DNA of 64,000 nucleotides from Leucoraja ocellata (lineage: Eukaryota): positions 744,001-808,000 of the forward strand of contig JAWMAR010000079.1 in the NCBI GenBank assembly GCA_036785375.1. Direction: 5' to 3'. The notes under the pieces are model-generated. The model saw only the letters and a list, made by a program, of their open reading frames with translations, did no database searches and was not told where the DNA came from. Below, piece after piece: positions 1-12,900 of this stretch; the stretch's first letter is position 1; every line of letters starts with the position of its first letter. Position numbers and translations under genes: made by a program.

Positions 1-299
1 TTCAATAATGGAAAGGATGCAAGATAATGGCATTGTATCGTGTGACACAGAATTAATTTTTGAATCAGTTTGTTTAATTTATTTTCAGTCCCATCATCCA
101 TGAGTGATTAGGAACACTGGATGTTGTTACTGAGCTTTTATAAATCGCTCAGCATGTGCACTTATTGAGATACACCTTTTATGCAAATCTGCAATTATTG
201 TGTAAAGATGTTATCCATTGCTGTATAGGGCCCATTCTTTGGAAAGGGAACCAAAATGGTTAGTAACCCTACCCCATACCCTAATTTTCCACACTAATC

Positions 300-775
300 T
301 CTTGTGTCAAAGGCTTTTTGAAAGTACAGATACACCACATCCACTGGCTCTCCCTTACCCATTCTACTTGTCACATCCTCAAAAAATTACAGAAGATTAG
401 TCAAGCATGATTTCACCTTCATAAATCCATGCTGACTTTGACCGATACAGTCACTGCTTTCCAAATGCGCTGCTATAACATCTTTAACAATCGACTCAAG
501 CATCTTCCCCACTTAAGGCTAACTTGTCTATAATTCCCTGTTTTCTCTCTCCCTCTTTTCTTAAAAATTGGCTGCCTTCCAGTCCACAGGAACTGATCCA
601 GAGTCAAGAGAACATTTGGAAAATGATCACCAATGCATCCATGATTTCTAGGGCCACCTCCTTGAGTACTCTGGGATGCAGACCATCAGGCCCTGGGGAT
701 ATATCTGCCTTCAGTCCCAACAGTTTACCCAATACCATTTCCTGACTAATGTGGATTTCCTTCAGTTCCTCCCAC
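300..775 (-). mobile_element. CR1-like LINE reverse transcriptase fragment
   Basis: Reverse complement reads PVDVVYLYFQKAFD (CR1 RT motif); similar to 18055-18100 on +. Confidence 0.8.
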
Positions 776-830
776 TAGATTGTAAATTGTAATTACAACA
801 CAACTTACATTTGCTATTTGTTTTTTTAAG

Positions 831-965
831 AGACTGGAGGTTACAGAAGTAAACAGAATGGAAAACTAACGATAGTTAATGATGTCGTTAGCCCTCCACG
901 AACTGCCTTACTGGGAACCATCTTTTCTCCTGTTTTCAGTTTCTTTTCACCAGCAAACAAAAATG
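831..965 (+). CDS. CTDSPL2: CTDSPL2 exon ([12 protein letters not shown]...FFSPANKN)
   Basis: ttttaag| acceptor, |gtaaag donor, 135 nt, phase 1-1. Confidence 0.9.
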
Positions 966-3900
966 GTAAAGTATTAATTACTAAAAAAGGTTCTTAAATG
1001 TAGAACTGTGTTAAAATGAAATTAAGTATTGCATTTGATTTATAGTAATACTTTCTTTAAGATGCCGTTGCAATATCAGGAAACAGCACAAGTAACATTT
1101 ATATACCATGTAGCGGAAAGTTGGGTGCGGAGACTTCAACCGCAATCAGTGTTCACTCATCTTATCAGGTCTTCTCTTGGAAAACTCTGTCCAAGCAGTC
1201 GCATTCCCCAGCTTCTCCCGCATAATGTTTAGTTGTCCTTTTGAAATACCTGCCAATTTGACTAAAAATGGAACCTGATTACAGCAAGCTTTCACATAAG
1301 AAGCAAATGCGTGCATAGATTTTCAGCCCATAGTCTGCCAATCAGTAAAATCAAAACTGATTTATTACCTCAGAACCACCGTTCTACAATTATCTGTATA
1401 AATTATAAACAAAAATATTAGCCAAGATGATTCTGTATCCTTTTCTCGTGACACCTTTTGGAGTTCCCATAATTTAAATTGAATATTATGCACTTCAGAA
1501 ATAATTATATAAGAAAAGCAATATAACTATAAACATAAAAAAACATTCAGAGCTCATTTCATACTTGATATTACTGGCATTTTGGTATGTTAAGCATTCA
1601 ATCATTTTTAAAAATGTGTATATGTGAATGAAATTTGTTTATTCTTTCCACACATATTTGTATTTTTGATTTTTTTTTTCCTGTTACATTGCATGTGCAT
1701 TAGAAATTATTTAACTTGTGCAATGTCTCTGACATTAAACAAAGACGGGTATTAATGAATAAATAAAAATGAACAGTAATTAAAAATGCTTAAGAAGGAA
1801 CTGCAGATGCTGGAAAATGGAAGGTAGACAAAAATTCTGGAGAAACTCAGCGGGTGAGGCAGCATCTATGGAGTGAAGGAAGTCTGAAGATGGGTTTCGA
1901 CCCGAAACCTTGCCTATTTCCTTCGCTCCATAGATGCTGCCTCACCCGCTGAGTTTCTCCAGCATTTTTGTCTACCAGTAATTAAAAATGCTTTGATTTA
2001 CATTGACAATGCCAGCCATTCTGTAGCATGGGGCCTGCAAGTTAGAGAAAGATTCGTGCCAGCCTGATTTTAGTGGGAGGGTGAAAAAACAGACAATTTT
2101 GGAAATTCTCAGTAGGTCAGGCCAGATCTGTGGAAAGGGAAACAGAGTTGCTATCTCAGGTGAAAGACCATTCATTAGACCAATTGACTATATTTTAAAA
2201 TCCTAGCATTGATCTATTTGAGCAGGAGACAAAATGCAAAAATACCGGAGCTTTCTCCTTCACTAATATTGTTTAGTTTAGGTTTCTAGTTTTGTCTCCT
2301 GTGGCTGCACTACGTTGGTGAAAATAGAACATAAATAAAGTATGTAATATGCTGTGGTAGGTAATCTGTATTTTTGAAATATGATTTTATGCTTGTGATC
2401 TCATTTGTAGGAACATCAGGATCTGACTCCCCAGGTCAAGCTGTGGAGGCTGAAGAAATAGTCAAACAGCTGGAATTGGAGCAAGTAGACGAGATAACCA
2501 CCAGCACAGCAACATCAGCAACGGGAGGACTATACTCTGGCCAGGCAGTAACAGCACAATCACCGTCCCCTGACAGCAGTTCAGATAATGCGGAAGATAA
2601 GGTCGCCAGTAAAGTTCATCCAATGCCAGGTATAGCAGACTTTTTAGACAAGTGGATGTGTTGCATATTCTGGTAGACACTTCTAGATTGTGTACCAGAT
2701 TGATAAATTTGCAACACGAATTAAACGTTTGGCAATTTCTGAGTTGTTTCATTGTGCCCAACTGCTGAAGCATACCATGGCAACGTAAGAAAAAAAAAGC
2801 AGAAACGTAAAGTCAGAAAAGCTCTTTAAAAGTGCTATTTATTTTGTCTCGCTCTCCTGAACTTTTCCTATGGCCCTGCAGCTTTTAAAAAAAAATTAGA
2901 TTAAATTAGATATCACTAGTTTCTATTAGAATTTAGAGATATAGCACGGAAACAGACCCTTTAGCCCACCATGTCTGCACCAACCTGTGCATCGCCCTGT
3001 ACATTGCATTAGCAGGCGCACTATCCTACACACTAGAGGTAATTTACGATTTTACCGAAGCCAATTATCCTGCAAGCCTGCACATCTTTGGAGTATGGCT
3101 GGAAACCATAGCACCCGGAGAAAACCTATGTGGTCACAGGGAGAACGTACAACTTCCGTACAGGCAGCACCTGTAGTCAGGCTCGAACCTGGGTCTATAG
3201 CACTGTAAGGCAGGAAATCAACAGGTGTGTCACTGTGCCATCCCTATTGTGCCTGCTTCCACTGTCCTAAGACAATGCAGTCCAAATCATAACAATCAGT
3301 TCTGTGCAAAGATACTAGATTTGTCAGCCCACTGGTTGGTCTCAGGACCATCTGCTGAAGACACCACGAGTTCATGTGTGTAATGACTTTCATTAGATAA
3401 TTTGGCACTGACCTATGTTTTTACACTGCCTGGATTTTTTTCTGCAAATATTAGCAGTGCAATGTCTGGGTTTTAAATGGTTCCAAAATAATGGAGTCAG
3501 CGCAGAAACTAAATTTTAATGATTGGATCTGAACTAGATTTTCTACATAGAGAATTATCTAATCGAACCTGGGTAGTGAATGGCTTGTTTCCAGCTGACT
3601 ATCAGGACTATTATTTTTTAAATAGTTCAGCGAAAAATTTGATAGACAAATGGTTATGATGGCCTTAATTGCAGGAGGCTTTGAATACCTGAGCAGAGCC
3701 ATCTTAAACTTATAAAGGGAATTAATATATATCTATGACTATTATTAAGGAAGAGATAACAAGGTACTAATAGGATTGAACAGAGTCATTATGGATTTCT
3801 GAAAGGGAAATCATGTTTAGGAACTCTATGGAATTATTTAAGGTTGTTACAAATAGCATAGGTAAGGCAAACCAGTATTGGATGAAGAAGGCACACACAT

Positions 3901-6900
3901 TAAGATTCAAGTGTGTGGTGCTTGATCATGTGTACTAGCATGGATTGAGAGTTGGCTAATAGCACAAAAAATGAGTATATTTTATGTTGAGAAGCTATGG
4001 TGTATGTGTGCAGACTACCCTGGTCGTATAGCTTTTTGAAAGAGAAAAATGAGGGTAAGGGTGTGGAGGGAGGGAGGAGCAGTGCCTGAATGTTAAAGTA
4101 TATGTCAGAGTAAGGTGTTATGATCATTTCCTTAAACTAGGTAGTTATATAAAGCACGTGGTCTTCTGTTTTCAGCCATCTTTGCATTGTTTACTCTTTA
4201 TTTAAACATTTTTAGCACCAGAATTGAATGTGACGAATGCAGAACTCTGTAAGACAATATCTCCACCTGGCACTTATCCAGAAGCACCTGCTCACCCGGA
4301 GGCAAGCTATGAAGAGGACTGGGAGGTTTTTGATCCGTAAGTTTGCCAGCACTTGTTTATCAGAAGCTGCAAAATGTGCAGATTTTATAACTTCATAATT
4401 AATATCAAAAATAATTTTTAATGAATTTATTGAGTAATCATTTTATTGATTTGCATTAGGCTGAATCGTTCAACTACTGCAAAAATCCCTTAAATATAAT
4501 ATTTTGCTACAAAGAATAAAGTTTTGTTGAAGAGTTGGTTGCTAGGGCAATAAAACGCATTTTAGAATATAGAATGATACGGCACCTAAACAGTCCTTCG
4601 ACCCTCACATCCATATCGATGTTTTTGTTCATCTACACTAATCCCCTTTGCATGTTTTAGGTCCCTATTCTTCTATGCTATGTCTATTCAAGTGCCTATC
4701 TAATTATATCTTATACGTAGTGATTGTATCTGATTCTACCACCATGTTTGGCATTGTGTTCCAGATTTGATTGACTGTGCAAAATAAAGCTTTCCTTCAA
4801 AATCTCCCTTAAAACTTCTACTCACTTTAAACCTGTGCCCTTTTGATTTTTAAAAGACCTGTCATGTAGAACAGATCCTGACCATCTTGCGTATTAATAG
4901 CTCATAATTTTATACACATCTTATCACATCACCTCTCAACTTCCTTCATTCCAAAGAAAACAAGACTAACCTATTAATTTTCTCTCCATAACTAAAGAAC
5001 TCCAATCCAGTCAAAGTCCTGGTGAATCTCCTCTCATTCTCTCCAGCACAATCACATCTTTCCTACATTGTGGCAACTAGAACTGCACACGACACTCCAA
5101 GTATGGTCTAACCAGTGGTTTGCCAGGTTACGACATAACCTTCCATCTTTTACATTCTACGCCTCAATCAATGAAGGCAAGCATCACCCTCTTTCAGGGT
5201 ACTTTGGAAGGTCACTCTGTTCATCAACATTTCATAGCAACCTGCCATTTACGTCTGACCCCTATCTGGCCTCCCTAAATATATCACTTCACACTTGTTG
5301 GGATTAAATTCCACCCGCTGAAGTTTAGCTCAATTTTCCATCTAATCTTTATGATGCTGTGGCCTTAAACACCGTTTTTCACTATCCATAATACCACCAC
5401 CAATTATGATTATTAAAGATTACTGTGAAGCCAGGGATTCTGTGATCAGATCATGATCTAATTGAGTTGCAGAACAGAAATTGAATAGGCTCTTCCTGTT
5501 CTTATGTTTCCTTGTACTGAAAAGCCAGATTTTTTTTAAGCGTCCCCTGAAAACTGGTTATATATTGGTCAGAGCATCAGATTGAGCAGTTGGTGTTTAA
5601 GACTATGATGTCTTTTGGGCTGTGAATCCATGGAATTTTTTACCTAGAGAGATGTGAATGTTCGGTCAGCATACATTAGGGGAGGGATTGATTTTTGGTG
5701 CTATTATGGAGATTTAATCAGAAAATTTAGTTGTGGTTCCAGACCGCAGAGTTTATCGAATGGCAGAGCATGCAGCATATATTTTTTATAATCTTGCCCA
5801 TAAATTTTACCATAAGTTTTAATATAAATTGGTAACTACAACCATTCTGTTTACCGTAAATTATTTTGCATTCAATGAAATAAGAATTAGAGATGAGGTG
5901 CTGCTATCTAGTGGTCAGTTTATGTAATTTTAAAACTTTAAAAAGTCATTCTTATTCTAGACTAAGATATAAAAAAGGACTGAAGTGTTGTGACGCGACC
6001 CTTTTTTCCCCCCTGACTCTTGGTCTGGAGAAAGGTCTCGACCCGAACGTCGCCCATTCCTTATCTCCAGAGATGCTGCCTGAGTTACTCCAGCATTTTG
6101 TGTCTGTTCTGACCTGAAATGTCACATATTCCTTTTCTCCAGAAATACTGCCTGACCCGCTGTTTCTCCAGCATTTTGTGTCTATCTTTGATGTAAACCT
6201 GCATTTGCAGTTCCTTCTTACACAAAAAGTCATTATAATTGGTTAGCATTGCTTTGTGATTTAACACCAAAAACATGGCTTAAACACCACAAAGTGTGCC
6301 ACCTAAATGCACTTTAAAATAAATAAATAGAAGCAGATGTAGGCCACATGGTTCTTTGAGTTTGCGGCATTCTCTGTAGGATTGTGGTTCTTCATGGGGT
6401 TTTTTCATTGCAGTCTTGAATATGCTCAATGGTTGAGTTTCTGCTATGTTCTGTGGAGGAGAATTCTACAGCTATACAACCAAATGTCAAGAAATGTCTT
6501 ATTATCAGTGCTAATGCATGTCCCCTTACCCAAGGTCAGGAGACCCTAGGATCTGTCCTATCAATCCTCCTCAGAATGTTGTTTGCTTCAATATGATCAT
6601 CTCTCATTCCATTGGTGTAGGCCTGCCTTGCTCTATCTCTCTTCATTGGACAAACAGCATCTTGTTTGGATAGTGAATTAAAAATCTTTCTAAAAACTCA
6701 TCTAATTTCATCTTCTATTTTCTTTAACAGTCCAAGCATTTGTAGTAATTCTTGGTTGAATGTTGACTCCTAGATTCCTACTAATTGTCCTTACATTTTA
6801 GGTTGCTTGGAAGTTCACACAAGCTGATTCGAGTGAGTGACTCTTGCCCTCTGCCTGGACAAAATTTCTGTACTGCTCAATTATTCCTAAAGATTGAAAT

Positions 6901-9900
6901 TATTTATTACAAGGAGATTTTTTTTTGTCTCTTTGATGTTTACAGGGACCATTCATCCTCAGTTATCAAACAACATGTCTATTGAACTGATGACTTCCTT
7001 TCAAAAATCTTAAAATTAATATTTGGTCCCTGTGGAATATTTTGTGGGTATTGCCCATAACACTGCCATGAGAGCCACGACTATATTGACTACATGGGCA
7101 TAGTAGCATTTGCAGGATTCTGAAATGTATGTTTAAACATGAGAGGAAATAGGTTGCAGGGAAATGTGATTGAATAGGGCTCTTGTGATTGCTATGCGAG
7201 CCAGCAGACCTAATGGGCCAAATGGCAGCCTTCTACATCAGAAGAAAAATAGACATATTCTAACAGTGTATGAATCAATTTTGTTCATTGAGAGTGAGAT
7301 GATGCTAGCTAATGTGTTCAGGCAGTCACATCACTGACCGCACAGAATTTTACAATTATGGTAAAACTTGATGTCAATCTTGAGCTGTTTATTCACTATT
7401 CATTGTTTGCGGTATAAATATGTCGTAAGTGCTCTAGTGCTTTGAAACCAATCAATAAATTAAATGCTGTGCCATTTAGCTAAATTGCTGAATAGTGATT
7501 GCTATTACCATGCCTTTTAGCCATTTGTTTTTGCCTTTTTGATAGTTATTTCTTCATCAAGCATGTGCCACCATTAACAGAAGAACAGCTCAGTCGAAAA
7601 CCAGCTCTGCCACTTAAAACCAGAAGTACACCTGAATTCTCTTTGGTTCTAGACTTGGTGAGAGAAACTATGCTTTAAAGTGTATGTATAAAATAATATG
7701 CTTTGAAATATTTACACATTATATGTATGTTGTGTTGCATATTCCATATATAAAGTAAAAATAACTGAAACAAGCTGATGCTTTCAGTGTGTAAGGGATA
7801 ACAAACTGTCTATATTTTGTAAACCAGCTTCTGCAGTTCCCTATTTCTACTAACAAAATGTAGTATTGATCTTCAAATTAACTTTCATTTTATTTTTCTT
7901 CTTGCATATGAGATTAATGAATTTGTTTATGAAAAGTAAACATAGAGAAGGAATGGTTAGTTGATGCAAGTAGAATATTTATTTTCAACTAACAGATTCC
8001 TGAAAAATAGTGATTTGTATTTTTTTTTCAATTTGCTTTGTATAAAATTATTACAGCTTGCTATTTGTTAAAATGTCAGTTCAATTTTTGCATTCCCTTA
8101 CTGGTGTTTTGTGATACTTGGAAATCTTTTATCTTGGCAGGATGAGACCTTGGTGCACTGCAGTCTCAATGAACTGGATGATGCAGCACTTACTTTTCCT
8201 GTCCTTTTCCAGGACGTGATTTACCAGGTAAGACTACCTTGTCATGAATTTTGGGAAATACTGGACCACACTTCATTCTCTATGATCACATTTCGACTGC
8301 AAAACTGTCTGAAAATTCTTGTCAAGCATCTCGGGACAGATAATTCATTTCATTGGATGGACCTGAACATATCTTTCAAATGCTAAAGATGTAATCCCGA
8401 TCTACTTTGTTGCAGCCCTTGCACTTTTTAAATCTGCACTTTCTCCGTAGCTGTAACACAATATTCTGTACTTGCTTTCTTTTCTCCTTTTGCACTACCT
8501 ATTGCAATCATGTATGATATGATTGTGCTCATCTAAGGTATGTTTGGCAGGGTAGCATGTGCAAAACAATGTTTTCCACTGTATCTCGTTACACATTACA
8601 TTAATAAACCAATACCAGTACCATATAGGGCCAGCCAGCCTTTGGGATGTGCTGTGAAGATTCTGAAGAGGTTTCACATAAATAATGATAACATAGATCC
8701 AAATAAGTCATTGTTTCAGGTAATATAGAGAGGTCTGAGAGGAGGGAAGAAAATGTCTATAAATGTTTCTTTTTTAAATTAAGCTGTTGGAAAAACTGAA
8801 ATATAAACAAGGAATACGAGAAACTTAACAGGTCCGTTGTCAGCTCCCCTTTTTAACAAACAGCTGCTGTTGAGAGTCTAACTGCTTCTGTACACAAGGT
8901 TCTGTTTCCAGTAAATTATTTTCCAAAATTATTTTAAAGTAAAATAATTGAGTTAAATACCTCTTGCTTCATTCTCTTTCCCTTGCATCCCTCATCCTGC
9001 ATCAAAATATTCTTGAGAACTTTCTAAAAATGATTTAATTGGTACCTATATTCCTCATGTTCCTTTGGAACTTGGCATGTATTTCCTTGTGATTTTATAA
9101 ATTGCAGTGTCTTTTCCACACTTTGTGTCCCAGGTTTACGTACGGTTGAGACCTTACTTCCGTGAATTCCTGGAAAGAATGTCCCAAATTTACGAGGTGA
9201 GTTTGAACATAGATTTGTACAGTTGTGAACAGCTGGATTTAATTTAATATCACCTCAAAACATTCTGACAACAGCTTTTCTTAATTTTCAAGCTTAGCTA
9301 CAAATGTTGCACTATAAAACTGAGCAAAGTATTTCCAGCAGAATGTATGTTTTAATCATGCAAAGCAGATCCATTAGAGCTCAATTCTTTCTCCTCCCAT
9401 CTACATTTGGTTTGTTCAAAGTTGGTTATTGTTTGCTTTGAAGCAGCCATTTAAGATGTTGCATGTACGGTAGATGTGATTTGATGTTTGCTTGGTATTA
9501 TCTTGACCCAAGAAATACAATTGGAAGTTCTAGTTTTAAGAACAAAAGGTGCCTGTATTTTAAGGAACATGCTAGAAATGCTCTGTGGGTGATGCACTAA
9601 CTGCAGAAAAGGGTTTCAGAACCATGAAAGTCTCATCATAATTGGAAATATGAAGTGAGCTTTACCCCTGATATGAGGGGGCGCTTGGGTTGGAAGATAG
9701 GAACGGCAAACGGGGCGCTAATGCAAGGTGAAAGTTGGCAATGTGACAATTGAAAGAGGCTCCTGATGAGATGTAAATCAAAATAGCAGCAGCAAAATTT
9801 GAATTGGTTGAATCCAGTTGGTGGAAAGATCTGTATTAATCCTAAAGCGTATTTTGTGCATCATTGAAGCATTAGATACCAACTGCTTAGATTATGGAAA

Positions 9901-12900
9901 ATTGTACATTAACGCTTGTTTAATCTTTCCCTAATTTATCTGCAGATTATTCTGTTCACTGCCTCCAAGAAAGTCTATGCAGATAAATTGCTGAATATTC
10001 TGGATCCTAAGAAGCAGCTAGTCAGGTAAGTTCTATGCAATGGTCATGCTCTAATTGAGAAAGAGTGAAAGCAATGTGAGCCAATATGTGTTCCTGCCCT
10101 TGACCTCTCGCAGTTACTTTATTCAAAGATGTGGACATCACTGATAAGGCCAGAATTCGTTGTCTATCCCAAAATGTCCCTTTTACTAATCCATTTCAAG
10201 AGGCAGTTTAGAATTGCTGGAGACACAAACAAGCAAATTAAAGAGAATGGATTTTTAAAGACAATCCTATCATTTCATTTATTTTTTATTTAATTAACTG
10301 AATTAGATTATCCTTTTGTAGGATTTGAATTTGTGTCTCTGCATCTTTAGTCCAGGTCTCTGGGTTGCCAGTGGAGTTACATGATCACTTTGCTGCATAA
10401 CCGGGTCTCATTCTGTTGCCTGCCGGCTGGTATAGAGGATCATGTAGGATAAAATGTCCACTTCCACCTGTCCTTCCATTTGGAAAAAATAGTTGGCCCT
10501 GTTATGCTCCCCCACCCCATTTTTAGATTTTAAAATTATATTGCATTTGAATGTACAGAAAGAAAGATTGTGTACATTTACTGCGTTTCACCACCCCAAA
10601 CCGTGAGGAGCCTTTTAGCCCATTAATTATGTAACAACAGATTTGTGTAGAGCAAAATTGATACATTGGAATTTCAAAGTTTATTTCATCTGATAATATT
10701 TAAGGTGGTAGATGTTGCTTGAAGGGCTGGAAGAACGTCCTTTGAAAAATGTCAATGGATCTTTGAAATCCACAGGTAGAAAGTGTTTCAATTTAATGTC
10801 TCCATTGCAACACCCTGTGCATTCACCACTAAAAAAAAGTGCTCACAAAGGATCTTAATCCATAATCTTTCAAATGTGAGAATGCTGACACCAACGGCTA
10901 TCATGAATTACAGTGTCTTTTCCACACTTTGTGTCCCAGGTTTATGTACGTCTAAGCCAGAGAATAAAATTGTAATATGATTCTAATGGAAAATTTCTTA
11001 TGCAATCTTGCCTGTTTCAGTACTGTATTTTCTGATCCTGTGTGTGGTGCAATCTATTGGTACTATTTTATATATTATCACCTGGATTCTGTGATCATAT
11101 ACAATTTCTTGCACACAAAATATTTTGTGTTTTAAGAGCTGATGCTATATTACTAATATTGATTTTTTCTTAACATACATTGTTTACCCAGTTTATGGTG
11201 TATTTGATTTTTTGTAATTGGCTTGTAACTGCCAATATATTTGCAACACTCCATACCTTGGACATTCAATTTTGTGTTCCTTTTTAAAATACCAGTTCAT
11301 TCAAGATTTAAATATTTTTTTAATTTAGATCTTTTAAATTAAAATGTTTCAAATCTAATCCAGCCTGCATTTTCATGCTAGTTTTGTTATTGTGCAATGT
11401 TTTTTTCCATCTAGGCACAGGCTATTCCGCGAGCATTGTGTGTGTGTGCAGGGAAATTACATAAAAGATTTGAATATCCTCGGAAGGGATCTTTCAAAAA
11501 CAATCATTATTGACAACTCTCCGCAAGCCTTTGCATACCAGGTTAGTTCAGGAATTATCCAATGGAGTACAAGGATAAGAGAAGAGCCAGAGAGTTTAGT
11601 ATTGTGCTGTTTTTGGTTTTGCTTGATGGAAATTAAATCAAAATGCATTTGCTTGCAGCATAAATCAAATGATCGCCTCAATAGAATGGAAATAGAATGT
11701 AGTTGGGGTTATGTGCATAGTTTAAAGATTATGTTGGGCGGGACAGATTAATCCAAATGTTTGAATCAAAATCTCATCACGGGAGCTGATTACAGTTAAT
11801 CTGGAGTAAACAAATATAAGAAAGAATATTAGATTGTTATTAGATTATCATAAAATCCCATCTGATTCATTAATATATCTTGGGGGAAAAAATAGTCTAT
11901 CCTTGCTCTGTTTGTATTATATGTGATTTCAGATCAATGTAATTGACTGAACAATACCGGGCTGGCTGATTAGATGAAGGAATGATAAAGGAAACAGGCC
12001 ATCGTAGATGTTTGTTAGCTGAAACCAAAAGCTAGTGCGACTTGGTGTGGGAGGGATAGAGAGAGGGGGAATGCCGGGGCAACTTGAAGTTATATACAAG
12101 GAATCTATTAGGCTGCTGTGAACCTATTTGCATGCAGTATCTCTAATTAGAAATAAAAGCACTTTCCTTAACCTACAGAAGATATGTAAAAATGGAGGAA
12201 GACTGGAGTAAAGAGAATACCCCCAAATATTTCTTATCTTGAATGCAATAGAAAAAGGAAAATAGCCATTTACATGCTGAAGATGACTTTGACTGCCACC
12301 AAAATGTATTATTTTAAGTGTTAGTTTATGGATAATAATAATTGTTTCATGTTTATTTGCATTTTCCCAAATTAGTTTTGGGGCATCATTTTGCTTGCTT
12401 AATTCAGTTTTTTTAGTTTAGTTTAGAGATACAAATTATGTAGCCATATTTCCAATTAACATTCATGGGCCAGTTATTGTGTTTATTGAAAAATAAAATA
12501 AAACGCCACTCAACTGTGCTTATGAAATTATCACCTTTAAGTCATCAGTGTTGTAAAATATCTATTCCAGGTCTAACCCCCAATGGGAAGAACATTTAAA
12601 GGATGAACTTATAAAGGTGTTCAGAGTTATGGAGTTATAAGATAAACATAGCAAATATATTTCAATTTGCAGGCAGGACCAGTAATAGTGGCCAGATCTG
12701 AGTTATTCATAAATTCAAAGGGGAATTGAAATGTATTTATTCAAAGAATAAATAACATGCAGCTCATTTCCACAGGGAATAGTTGAGGTGAATAACGAAG
12801 ATGCATTTCAGTGGAAGCTGTATAAACACGTTGTGGGGAAAAGAATAAGGGGATATGGTATAAAATCATAAAATATTGACATTTCTCAGCAGGTCTGTAA

